A DNA stretch of 64,000 nt from Geosiphon pyriformis uo1. Taxonomy: Eukaryota; Fungi; Glomeromycota. A program made the position numbers and the translations under genes. The DNA is taken from positions 266,763 to 330,762 of the forward strand of contig JAAOMT010000057.1 of the NCBI GenBank assembly GCA_016748015.1. Direction: 5' to 3'. The notes under the pieces are model-generated. The model was not told the origin of the DNA and searched no databases. It saw only the letters and a program-made list of their open reading frames with translations. Below, piece after piece: positions 12,439-25,200 of this stretch (the stretch's first letter is position 1; each line of letters starts with the position of its first letter).

Positions 12439-15400
12439 CCAGTTTTATTTGGAAAATTGCCATGTGTAATGTTAGGGGAATGAACAATCCTGCAAAGCAG
12501 GAGGACATTTATTGCTGGCATAAAGAATCTGGTAGTTCAATCTCGATTATTACAGAAACCAAGTTGTGTTCCAGTTCACAACCATGGATTATGAAAAAGT
12601 TTGAGGGTGTCCAGGTTTTTACGTCTGGTCTGGATGTTGGGTTTCGTGGGGCTGGTGTGGCTATTTTTGTGAACAATTCTCTGGCTCGTCATATTTCCAA
12701 AGTCAAAGAGATGAAGGGCAGGGTTCTTTCAATTCACCTTTTGTTCAAAAACAAGCTTTCTGTGTCTGTCATTGGGCTTTATGCCTGTGTGTCTGGTGGT
12801 GACCATTTTGCTCAGGCTTCTGTTATTAATTCATTCATTGCTAATACTGTCAACAAGAGTTTTTTTGTTGTTTTGGGTGGGGACTTCAATGAAGACAATT
12901 CAGTCAAGGGGGCAAGTCTTAGGAAATGTTTAAGTTTGGGTTTAGTTAATGTTTTTGGTGGTCACTCTCTAGCTAGGATTCCTACTTGGAACAATTCAAG
13001 AGGCGTTAGCAAGGTTTTGGATTACATTCTAGTTAGTGACTCTTTGATTTTAGCAGTTGTAGATTGTGATATTAGTTCTGTCTCAGAATTTTTCAACACG
13101 GATCACTTGGCTGTGTCGATGTCTATTGGGTTGGGTGGTCTTCTGGATGCTTGTTTGAACAGCATCCGCAAGCACACTAATAAGGATCACTGGAAGTTTA
13201 AAATTAAGGATGCTGATGAGAAAAAGTGGACACATTTTAAGGACCTCTCTGAGTGTGTGCTTTTGGGTTCTCTGAATAGGTTCAAGATGGCTGAGGATGG
13301 TGGCGACTTGGATGGAATGTGGGAGATGCTAGTTGACGCCATGACTGCTTCTGCTGAAAAAAATTTTTCAAGACATTGGTATAGTGAATTTGATTGTGTT
13401 AAGAATAGACTCTCTTCTAAATTTTCTAGATTAGAGCTTTTGGTTGCCAAGTTATTGAAAGTGCTGAGACGGAATGATACTTTGGGCTTTAAACGTCTGG
13501 CTGACACTTGGCTTAAGGTTGACTCTTCCGAAGCTTCCAAAGTTTTTGATATGGTCGGGGATGGTATGGGTTTTGCTGGCTTGATAAGTCATCTTTCAAA
13601 GGTTAGGAAGCAATATAGAAAGTCCAAATATTGTGAATCTGAGATGGCCAAAAGATCTGCTATCAGAGATGCAATTGATAAGCATATGGAAAAGTTTAAA
13701 ACGGACAAAGGTGGGATGATTCGGAGCATCTTGAAGCAGCCCTTTCGCAAAGTCATTCTGGACCATTTGGTTGTTGGTGATTCTCTTATTTTGGAACCTG
13801 ACGAAATGAAGCTCAAAGTTGATGACATCATGGTTAATTGGACCAAGAAGCGGAATGCTCTTCCTGCTTTGTCTGGTCCCTGGGCACAACAATATGCCCC
13901 TTTGGCTTATGTTAATAATAGTGCCTTCAGTCTGGTTATGTGTGATAATACCATGTGTGAGATGTTTTCGGTTATAAGCAATCTTCCTGATGGCAAAGCG
14001 GCTGGTTTGTCTGGTATTACCAATGAACTTTGGAAACACACTGGCTGTTTGGTTTTGGAGTGTTTGTTGTCTTTGCTAAACTCTTGTTTGCATTTTGGTA
14101 ATGTTCTGGTCCATTGGAAAGAGGCCTGGGTGTCCATAATTTCTAAGCCTCATGATTGGAATGGCATCTTGTCGAATACACGACCTATTGCATTGATTGA
14201 GATGGCCAGAAAGATTCTGTCAAAAGTTCTCTCAAACAGAATCTCTCTTGCTTGTAGTAGGTTTGATGTCCTCCGTGGTAACAACTTTTCTGTCCTCAAA
14301 GACACTTCCACTCAGTCACCAATTTCAGTTGTGGGTTCAATTGTGGAGGATGCTTTGGAAAAAGGCCGTGAACTTTGGCTAGTTCTTCAAGACATGCGCA
14401 AAGCGTATGACTCTGTTGGTTGGCTTCATTTAGAAGCTAGTTTACGCCGTATCAAAATATGCAGCAAGTTTATCAAGTTTTTTGGCAACATTCACAACAG
14501 TTGCTTCAACAGAGTCATGACAAATTTTGGCCTTTCTGATGAATACAAAGTTTTTGATGATTTGGATCAGGGTGAAGTTTTCTCATCTCTTTTATGGAGA
14601 ATTTTTTATGACCCTTTGTTATGTGAAGTTGCGAGACAAGATCATTTGTGTGGTTATCAGATCAATTCGAACTTTGTGTCAAAGATTGGAAGGATTGAGA
14701 CTAGTGAAGGTATGACCTCTTTTTTCATGGCTGGTGTCTTTGTTGATAACACTATTTGGATGAGAAATGGGCAAGCCTCTATGCAGCACATTTTTAATGT
14801 GGCCAGCAAGTTTTTCCTTATCAATGACATTAACATAAACAACAAAAAAACAGTTGCCATTTCTATCAACAAAAGAGTGGGGGTTCCTGTTTTATCCATC
14901 AATGGCCAGGCTATCACTGTTGCCAATTCTGGTGTGAGTCATTAATATTTGGGTATTTTCTTATCCACCGATGGTTTGTTTAAGCCGAGTCTTGCCAAAG
15001 CCAATTCAGATATTAAGTTCTTCTCAAATATGGTTCTTCAGAAGGCTGTCTTTGATAAACAATTCTCTTATCTGGTTTCAGCTATTTTGCAGCCCATAGT
15101 CAGTTATCGAACGCAGTTTAGTTTTGTTTCCAAAGCTGTTTGTCTAAAATAGGACGTTCTAATTAGGAGGGGTCTTAGGTCGAAAGCCAATTTGCTGAGA
15201 GACTTTCTCAATGAGGTGTTGCACCACCCCTCTCTTTATGGACTGAAATCTTTTGAACAGTTGCAAGCTAAATGCAAGACAGTTTCTGTTGTGCAGTTTG
15301 CGAATTCTTCTGGAATTCTTGGCCGACTGTTCGAACATCGAATTTTGGATTTGCAGGTTTTGTGCTGGGCTCCGTTGAATCCTCTGCAATATTCTGTTAA

Positions 15401-17109
15401 GCTAAGAGTGAACACTTCAAACAATTTTCTAGTGGGTGTGGTTCGTATATTTCTTGACAACAAGCTGTCTTTGGATAACAGGCTTCCCTGTGTTTTTTGC
15501 TCTCCTGGCCATTTTCCAATGTCATTAGTATTGGGTGATCCTTTGTATTTCAATGTGGTTCGCTCCTTGAAAATTGCTGGTGTGGCGTATGGTGACCAAC
15601 TTCTGGACAAAAATGGTTCTATTGTTAGTTGGTGTACGTTTCACCAATGGAAAAGACTTGGTTCTAGAGGCCCCATGCTTTTATGGTTTTTGAAGGCCTC
15701 TGCTTACTTGAGTAATTGTTTGCATGCTCCCCCTCCTGTGAGTTTAGTTTTTGTCTGTGCTAGTGTTTTGGATTCGACATCTTTTGCTGACATTTGTGAG
15801 GAGATTCATGGATTGTGGGCTGATGAGATTGATGTTTATATTAACAGTTCTCTTAGAAATTTGGGTACGTTTTAGGTGGCATGTGATGCTGCCGTTTATT
15901 TTCCTGGCTTGAACAAAGGTTTAGGAGTGGAGGTACATGGTATGCTGTCTTCGACTCTGGCTGAATTACAGGCTGTTGCCCTGGCTCTGGAGTGCGTTCC
16001 TGCCTCTGTTTCAGTGGCTTTGCACATGGATAGTCAAGTGGCTATCGATGCATATGTGGCTGAATTGGGTCTGTTACGGCCGGATTGTTGCAATAGTTGC
16101 TGGATAGAAAGGTGTTATGTGGTTAATTTGATTGAATCCAATGATCTGATTGTTTGCTGGATCAAGGTCAAAGGTCATGTTGGCATCGCTGGTAATGTTT
16201 TGGCTAATGTTCTTGCTGAACAGGCTGTGCATTCTGGGGTCTCTCTCCCTGTCAGGATTAATTGTAGATATGTGGTTGCTGATGGCAGGCCAGTTTTTGG
16301 TAATGCCCACCATTTTATACGTGACATTTTTCATTCTATTTGTAAGTTTCAGTGGGAGGTGGGTCCCAGCCAAGGGGTTGTGTTTTGTTTGTTTAGATTG
16401 AAATAGTACCACTCTAGCTTGGCATTCTGACTCTCATATGCTCTCTGGGAGTACGTGTCAAGCCATTGCTGTTTTTTGTACATACTTTATGAAAGCTGTT
16501 CATTTTAGGTTGCCTGTTGCTGTTCGAAAGAGGTTGTATAATAAGGATTACTCTGGTGTGTTTTGTTTGTTTTGTGGTGATGTGGAACTCCCCAATCATG
16601 GTTTTACTTGTGTTAAGGATGCTTCTGTGCGGTTGGATATTTTGGGTGATTTTGGTGGTTTGTGGAGGACTCTGATGGGTCCTAATCTACTGTCGCCATC
16701 TTTTGTATTGCGAGATCTCTCTCTGAGGGTGTCTGATGTTGGGTTGTATTCGGTTTTTTGCAAGGGATTTGTTCTCAAGAGTTGGATGGATGAGGCCACT
16801 GCTTCTCTCGGTAACAAGAAGAAAGTAGCCATTGTGGTGGTGGATTTCGTCTGTCATTTGGCTGAGAGTCATAGAACAAACCTCTGGCTCTTTAGGACTA
16901 AGTTCAGATCTGACATGGAGAGAAGTGGTTTGATTGGTGATGATGTTGTTGTGGCCAGTGCTCTTGGTGTGGGTGCTCTGTCTCTCTCAGCTGGCATGAT
17001 TCACCTTATTGGTGTGCTAAATTTTCTTGATGTCAGTTTTGGTTTTAGGGGTAGGTTCTTGTTTTTGTCTGGTGCTGTTCATAGGGTTAGTGTTTTGATA
17101 AGTACATAG
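12435..17109 (+). pseudogene. LINE ORF2 pseudogene: APE, RT, RNase H, CCHC
   Basis: WKIAMCNVRGMNN, LGGDFN, LDYILVS, NTDHLAV, LQDMRKAYDSV, DQGEVFSSLLW, VFVDNTIW, LAELQAVALALE, KVKGH, CLFCGDVE..NHGFTC. Confidence 0.93.
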
Positions 17110-17446
17110 TGTTGCCTTAATTGGCTCGAGTGGTTGGTCACATGTAGCAAATGCGTGAACCATGTTTAGTTGGCTACTTTTCTTTGTAACTTATTCTAGA
17201 CTTTAGTTGGACTGCACTTGTTAATAAATAAAATAAAATAAATTTTTCAATATTTTTTAAAATCTTTTAAATAAATAAATATTTAAACAAACAAAATTTA
17301 TTAATAAATTCAAAAATTACTTTTCTCTCTCATCAATCCCCTGGCCGCTGTAAGAGTGAGAGAATTTTTAGAAGAAATTGCTTTATTTTATTTTTTTACC
17401 CTTCGTTCATCAAGTTATTTCTTCTACTATATCTCTATTTGTCGCA

Positions 17447-19389
17447 ATGGAACTGGTGGGCTCTTCTGCTGGTGGTTCTGGCTCAGTTTCGGCTGGTTTG
17501 GGGACCCGCCAAAGTGCGAAAAAAAAATGCATAAATACGGTCTACTCTTGGAATACATCCTACAAGAAGCCAAAGAAGTCTGCTGCTAGTAATGTGGTTG
17601 ACTCGTCTGCTAAATTGCTGAGCCTGGAGGATATTGGTAGTGCTGGTGCCAAGCCTGTGGTGTTCTGGGACAGTGAGGTTGGCAGTGTTTCTGGTAGTGT
17701 CAGTTGTCTTTCTAATGTCAAAAATATGGCAAACATGGTGGCCAATGAAACCAGCTATGCGGAATCAGATGAGAACAATGGCATAAACAAAAATATGCTG
17801 AGGAAGACTCGTACTCAAATGTACATGCTGGACAACTCACCAAAGTGACTTTTGTTCGACCATATGAGTGACAATGATGATGCTCTGGAGCTTCCCTTCC
17901 TATAGTCGATAGTGCCAATCAGATGCCGCAAATCAGGTCACGTGCCCTGAAAAAAAGGAATTTCAAGCCAGTAAAATCTTTTGCATTGGATATTGAGGTT
18001 TTGGCAGTGCCTGAGAAGACAAATGTTGATAAGTTGATGGCAGTTAAAAAAATTTTTTATCAAGTGGATGAATTTGGGGGAGCTTTGACTCTCTCAAAAT
18101 TTCCAGGAATAATAAGATTATCATTTACATCTGAAAAAAGTTTGATTAAGACAAGGGAATTGGCAATTAGTGAGAAGATTTTGGTAAATGATGATCTAAG
18201 GAAAGTAAACAGACATTCAGATTGGAAAGTGATTGTCAAGGAGATCCCAGTAGATCTTCTCAAATCGGCAGTAGATTCGGCATTTTCTAAATTTGGCAAA
18301 ATTGTTTCAATCAAAATGCAGCTAATTGGTCTTTGGCAAAAGGCCCTAGTTGAGTTTGAGTCATTTAAAGTAGCTAGTCTGGTTGTGTCCAAATGGTCAG
18401 TTCTCATGGGAAAAGATTCGGTGCATGTGGCTTTGGCAGTCAGTAATAAACAAACGTGGGTATCAAGGGATCAGCATCGGGCTTTGCTTTATACTCTTCC
18501 AGTTGGCACTACTGCCCATGATCTTTCCAGTTTGTTGGAATTATATGATGAGAAGACTTGTTTCATTGGCTGTAATCCTAATTCATATGTTTGTGATAGA
18601 TGTGCTATAATTTGTTTTGGTGATGAAGTGTCCAAGTTGGCTGCTATTGGTATCATTCCAGTTTTCAAGGATGTAGGTTTGCATTGGGCTGGTCTTTCTT
18701 TGGCCAGTTGCACTTATTGTAAACAATTCAGTCATGTTACAGTCAATTGTTTCTTGGGTGAGAATTCTGGTGTTTGTGGGAAGAAGGTGGTTTCTGATCA
18801 AGATCGGATTCATCTGGCTGGGATATATAAGAAAAAGTCAGCTCCTATTGCTCATCCAGTCTTATTTGGTGGTAAAACATGGACCCAAGTTGCTGGTGGC
18901 TCTCCTTTTTGTGTGGTTCCCCCTGGTTTGGCTGGTGCTGGTTTGCATTCTGGTTTGGTTACTCTTTCAATAATGACTGATTCTCCCACCATTTCTCATT
19001 TGAATAACTGGCTGGCAATTTTGCAGTGCTCTTTGGAGCTTTTGACTGACTGCGTTTCTGGCATTTTGGTTTGACTGGAATCCATTGGTTTGGTTTCTGT
19101 GGCGACCCCATCTCTAAGCTCTCTTCCTGCTGTTTCTGAGATTTTGACTTCTGATGTGGATTCTGGTATGATTGTAGATACTGCTTTGGTCTCATTTGGT
19201 ACTTCTCCACCTGCTATTCCCAATGCTGTTGTTGAGCTCAGCTCTAGTAGTTCCAAAGTCTTTACTGCCAAAGTGGGTGGTTTGGAAACAAAGTTGATTG
19301 CTTTGGAGGCCTCAGTTGGTTCAATTTTGGATAAGTTAAATATTTTGTGCTCTGGTTTGGGTTTGTCAGTTCCCCTGTCTTCTCAATGA
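17447..19389 (+). pseudogene. LINE ORF1 pseudogene
   Basis: Begins MELVGSSAGGSGS. Contains FGKIVSIKMQLIGLWQKALVEF and CTYCKQFSHVTVNC. Ends SQ* overlapping the ORF2 ATG. Confidence 0.88.
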
Positions 19390-22300
19390 CTCACTTAATT
19401 TGGAAAATTACTGCGTGTAATGTCAGAGGTATGAACAATTGTGCAAAGCAGGCAGACATTATATGTTGGCATAAGAACATGAACAATCTGGTTTCCATTG
19501 TTACTAAAACAAAGTTAAGAGGCATGGTTCATCCGTGGATTGCCAATAAGTTTAATGGTGTTTGTGTTTTTACTTCTGGTCTGGATTTTGGTCACATGGG
19601 ATCTGGTGTTGCAATAATTATGGACTCTTCTTTAGCAAAGTATGTGTGCAAGATTTCGGAGGTATCTGGTCGGCTGTTGTCAATAAGACTGCTCTTTGGG
19701 AATAAACTTTCTGTGTCTATTCTGGGGCTGTATGCTAGTGCATCTTCAGTAGTTCAGTTTTTTCAGGCTAGTGATATCAATTCTCTCATTGCCAAAGCTG
19801 TGAATGAGACTTCTTTTGTCATTCTTGGTGGCAATTTCAATAAAGCTAGATCTCATAAATGTGCCAGTTTCAAGAAATGTTTTGATTTGGGTTTGGTCAA
19901 CTCTCTAAGTAGAAGTGCTTTTGTGAGGTCACTAACATGGTGCAATTCTTGTGGTGTTGCCAAAACAATTGATTACATGTTGGTCTCCTCTAGTTTAGTT
20001 AATACAATCATGGATTATGGTGTGATGGGTGTTGAGGATTTTTTTGATACTGATCATAGGGCTGTTTCTGTTTCTGTGAGTTTGGGTGGTTTGTTGGATG
20101 TGCAGCTGCTGTCACTACGCAAACAGACCAATAAAGATCGTTGGAAGTTCAATGTTAAAAATGCTAGTGATGGGAAGTGGTTGGAGTTTAAGAATGCTAC
20201 AGCTGTTAATGCTTCTATGCTTTTAGACGCATTTGTTGTGGCTACAAAGTTTTTGGATAAGAATGTAATATAGGATGTTGTTCGCAAAATATTGATTCTC
20301 TCAGCTGGTGGGACGTTCAAGAAAAAATGGTTCAAGGGTTATAGTAGTGTTTTCAATAAGGTTTCTTCTAAGTTTCATAGACTGGAACTGCTTGTGTCTA
20401 AGCTGGTTAAGGCCTCTCATCTGGTTTTTGGTGGGAATTTTGTTTCTTTATTGGATACATAGAACAGGCTTAACTCAGTTGGCACCTTGCCAGTGAAGTC
20501 TCTATTTCTTTTGGGTTCTGGTTTTGATGCTATTCGCTCTGAACTGGCTAAGGCAAAGAAGGTTTACTGCTCTTCAAAGATGATAGAGTTTAAGCGTGCT
20601 GAGGAATCTTGTATTAGGCAGGCTATTGAGAGGAGGATGGAGAGTTTTGAAGTAGACAAGAGATGTATCATCAGAAGTGTTCTGGAGCATTCTTTCTATA
20701 AGGTGGTACTGAATCACTTGGTTGTGGATAAAAAGTTGGTCCTGGAGCTGGAGTTGGTTAAATTTAAGGTCGATGAGATCATGGAAGGTTGGACTAGGAA
20801 GCGTGCGGTGATGCCGGATATTTCTGATGACTGGGTGCGCCAATTTCAGCCTTTGAACTATGTCTTTGATAATGTCTTCTCTGAAGTAATGTGTTTGATT
20901 GGTTTTAATGAGTTGCTTACAGTTATCTCTAATTTGCTTGATGGTAAGGCGGCTGGTCTTTCTGGTATCTCTAATGAATTGTGAAAACACTGTGATAGAA
21001 TGGTTTTGGATATGCTTTTGTTATTGCTGAATTTTTGTTTGAAACATGAATCTGTACCTGGATCTTGAAAAGAAGCTTGAGTGTCAATGATTCCTAAACT
21101 GTATGAATGAGAGGGCATTCTTATGAATACCCATTCTATTGCATTGATTGAAATGGCCCGCAAGATTCTTTCCAAAATTCTCTCAAACAGAATTTCTTTG
21201 GTCTGCAGCAGGTTTGATGTTCTGCATAGGGACAATTTATTTGTATTAAAGGGTACGTCGACGCAATTGCCCATTTTTGTCATTGGTTCTGTGGTGGAAG
21301 ATACATTGGAAAAGGGCTGAGAACTATGGCTGGTTTTGCAAGATATGCAAAAAGCATATGATTCTGTTGGCTGGGTACATCTCAGAAGGAGTTTGGTTAG
21401 GATTAAGATGTATGACAAGTTTATTAGATTTTTTGATAACATTTACAATGGTTGCACCAACAGAGTGATGATGGATTTCAGCTTGACTGATGGTTACCAT
21501 GTTCACAATAGTCTGGACCAAGAAGAGGTTTTTTCGCCACTTCTTTGGCACATATTTTACGATTTACTCTTGTGTGAAGTCAAACAACAGGAAAGCATGT
21601 GTGGTTACAGGTTGAACTCTCATTTTATTTCCAGAAATGGCTGGGTGGAGCCTCAGGCCGGGCTGACATTATTCTTGACTGTGAGTGCTTTTGTAGATGA
21701 TACTATTTGAGTTGGTGGTAGCCAGGCTACTATGCAGCACATCCTCGATGTTGCTAATGAATTTTTTAGGATTAATAACATTTCAATTAACAATGACAAG
21801 ACTGTAGCCATTCCTATCAACAGCCAGATTGCAAATCCTTCTTTGACTATTAGTGACTTGCCTATCTCTATTGCCAAGAAGGGTGAACCTCATCGGTATC
21901 TGAGTATTTTTTTGTCTTCTGAAGGTCTTTCGATGCCTAGTTTGGCTAAAGCTTATTCGGACATTCAGTTCTTTGTTAATCTTGTTCTGAGGAAGGCAAT
22001 CTTGGACAAACAATTCACGTATTTGGCTTCTGCAGTTCTTCTGCCTATCATCAGCTACAGAACTCAGTTCAGCTTCATTCTTGTTAGTGTGTGTAATAAG
22101 TAGGACTCTATGGTTTGCAGATGCTTGAAGTCTAAATCTGGGCTGTCACTTGACTTCCCCAATGATGCAGTTTATCATTCTTCTTTGTACAATTTTAAAA
22201 CTTTTAAACAGATCCAAGCTGAAAGTAAATCGGCTGCTGTTTTGGCTTTTGTGAATTCAGTTGGTATTTTGGGTTATTTGTTTTTTTACAGGTTTTATGA

Positions 22301-24078
22301 TCTTTAGGCTTTCAGTTGGCGTCCCTGTCACTCTTTGCTGTTTCCAGCTCATGTTAATGTCAGCCTTTCAAACAACTTTCTGTCAGGTGTGGTTTGTATT
22401 TTTTCTGGGTGTAACTTGTCTTTGGGCACTTCTCTGGCCAGTGCTTTTCGTCTCTGGGGTGGCACTCCTATGTCTATTGTTTTAGATGAGCCAAGATTTC
22501 TCAAATGTGTTCTTTCGCTCAAGCACTATGGTATCGCTTTCGTGGAACAGCTTCATAACAGACATGGTATTGCTTTCAGTTGGAAGACCTTCAAATATTG
22601 GAAAAGGCTGGACTCCTATGGCCCAGTTCCTGTTTGGTTTGATATTTTTGTTCAGTTTCTCAGTAGCATTGTTCCTTCTTCTGTGTGCTTTCCCTCTGTG
22701 AGTGTTCACGCTTCTCCTGATATTTGACTCTCTCACAATTTTGGTATTGTTTGTGACAATTTGTTGAATATTGACACTGCTGTTCGCCTCTCTGTATATA
22801 CAGATGGGTCTCTAAGTGGTTTGAGTACTGTTGGTATGAAAGCTGGTACTGCTGTTTTCTTTGAAAACATTGATTCAGAGTTGGGTGTGAAGATGTCTGG
22901 TTTGGTTTCCTCTATGCTTATGGAGTTGCAGGCCATTGCTTTGACTCTCAAGTGTGTTCCCACTTTTTGGTCAATGGATTTGTTTTCGGACAGCCAGGCT
23001 GCTTTGGATGCATGCAAATCCAAATCCCTACTAGCTTGGCCAGACTTCAGGAATCATTGTTGGATCAAGCGTCACCACATTGCTAATGTCATTCATGATA
23101 AGAATTTGGATGTGAATTGGGTCAAAGTAAAAGGTCATTCAGATGTCCCTAGCAACGAATGTGCTGACTCACTTGCAGGGATTGCTGTCTCATCTTTTTG
23201 GTGGCTGTCACACAGAGTTGATAAATGGTTTTTAAAAGCTGGTGACTCTGCCATTTCTGGTAATTTAAGATATTTTGTTCGTGATATCTTCTGGTTAGTT
23301 CATCAGGTACATTGGGAGATTGGATCCAGTTCCCGTGTTTTGGTGAATAGTTTGCGAGGTGATGTTAATTGGGCCAGGTCTGTTTCAGTGTGGCACCCGG
23401 ATTCTTACATGGCTGTTGGCTTCACTAGTTTGCATTCTGCTGGCTTTCGGACTTATTTCATAAAGGCTCTGCATCATCGACTTCCTGTCATCATGTGTAA
23501 GCATCTATATGATAGGCTTTACCCCAGTGTAGTGTGCTTATTCTGTGGTGAGGTTGAGTTCTCTGATCATGTTTTTTTCTGCTCCTTTGATGCCATTGGC
23601 TGTAAGCACTTAATGAACACTTATGTAGCTGTTTGGGAAGTACGCTCTGGTTTATCTCGTTCTTCTTCATGCATTTCCCAGTTACTGTCCACTTGTGCTT
23701 CGAATTGTGTGATTGGAGTGGCCCTATGTAAAGGATTCATTTTCAATAATTGGTATTGTGAATCTGTCTCTGTTTTTGGGAATCCCAGAGTGGTAGCTTG
23801 TAACATGGTGTCTTTTGTGTGTGAGTTTTGTGCTGCGTTCCGGAATGAAATCTGGTTGGTTCATGTGAAACACCAGACAGTGATGGAAAAGGGTAGGCTG
23901 ATTCTTCGTGACGATTCCATTTCTACCTCTGTTTTTGGTTTTTCTATGGGCTTTTCAGCAGGTGTTGTTAGATTGTTGGGGGTTGCTAATGCAATTAGCA
24001 TTTGTTTTGGGTTTCATAGGTCTTTGTTTATTTTTTTCTGGTGCTTGTGAAGAGGTTTCTGTTCATATAGGTGCGTAG
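19386..24078 (+). pseudogene. LINE ORF2 pseudogene: APE, RT, RNase H, CCHC
   Basis: WKITACNVRGMNN, DTDHRAV, LQDMQKAYDSV, AFVDDTI, VYTDGSL, FSDSQAALDA, KVKGHS...NECADSLA, CLFCGEVEFSDHVFFC. Many TGG>TGA/TAG stops. Confidence 0.93.
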
Positions 24079-24928
24079 TGTTGTTCTGACTGGTCTGAGT
24101 GGCTGGTTATGTATAAAAAAGGCATGATTTATGCCTAGTTTAGATCATTTAATGATGTATTGTACTAGATAGTGTTTGGACTTCACTCATTAAATGAAAT
24201 AAAAAAAATATATATATAAAAATTAAATTGCTAAAATACTTAATATTAAAGTTTGTTTTTTTAAACATAAAATATTAAAATTTTTGTTAAAAACATAATT
24301 TTCAAAATTAACATAATTTATTAAACTTAACAATATTAATTGGCTGGTTGTAAATACTTAAAATTATTATTTTAATTTTTAAATTAATAATAATAACAGT
24401 TTTTTTGTTGTTAATAAAAATAATATTAATAATAAAAAATTAATTAATAATATTTAAACTGTTTTATATAATTATATAACAATTTAAAATATGTTATTAA
24501 TAAAAATTTTAGTTGTTAAAAAAGTAGTAAAATTTATGATTTATTAAAAAATATTAATTTTATTAATAAATATAAATTTGATTTTTTCTTATTTTTATAT
24601 ATTTTAATTTAATTTATTATGTACTTTGTATTTATTTAGTAATTTAAACTTTGTTATAATATAATTAATTTTATTAAAATAAATATAACTAAAAAATTTA
24701 ATATATTTTTTTATATATTTTAATAATTAAATTGTGTTTTTAAGCAAATTGTGTTTTAAATAAAAATAATTTTTAAAATTATAAATTATATATATTTTTT
24801 AAAACATAAATTAAATTTAATAATTTTTTTTAGAGTATTATTAATAATTAATTTAATACAAAATAAATATTTATATAAATATGCTTTTTAAAATAAAAAA
24901 TTGTTTTTTTGTAAAACATTATTATTTA

Positions 24929-25200
24929 TAAAGATTTTAATATTTGGTTTGATTTAGTCTAAGTTTAATTAAATCATTAAATCATTAAATTAAATTAAAT
25001 TTAAACAAAAATTTTGGCTAAATTTTAAACTTAAACGTAAATTGAATTTAAAATTATTGAACTTAAATTAAATTCAAACTCGAACAACAAGTCTAATTCA
25101 AATTTCGTAAATATGGTTATTAAAAATTATATTATATTATTAATTAAATTTTTTTTAATGGTTTTTATATCTATAATTAAAAATATTATATTGCTTTTAT
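24929..25200 (+). repeat. Dispersed AT-rich repeat, copy A (inverted homolog of 60065-60345)
   Basis: taaagattttaatatttggtttgatttagtctaagtttaattaaat...aacaacaag...tattaaaaattatattatattatt aligns with the reverse complement of 60065-60345. Confidence 0.7.

Larger units (their letters stand above)
10441..17242 (+). mobile_element. Full-length LINE retrotransposon (copy 3), inactivated
   Basis: 5' motif 10441-10498, ORF1 10576-12438, ORF2 12435-17109, 3'UTR 17110-17224, A-rich tail. Confidence 0.95.
17315..24209 (+). mobile_element. Full-length LINE retrotransposon (copy 4) with a different 5'UTR and ORF1 N-terminus, inactivated
   Basis: ORF1 17447-19389, ORF2 19386-24078, family 3'UTR 24079-24193, A-tail. 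The 5' boundary is approximate. Confidence 0.93.

Noticed and set aside
2265-24078. Alternative genetic code or stop readthrough explaining the many in-frame stops
   Set aside because: Stops fall at different positions in each copy, derive from TGG/CAR/CGA by single transitions, and co-occur with frameshifts. SPF45 reads cleanly in the standard code.
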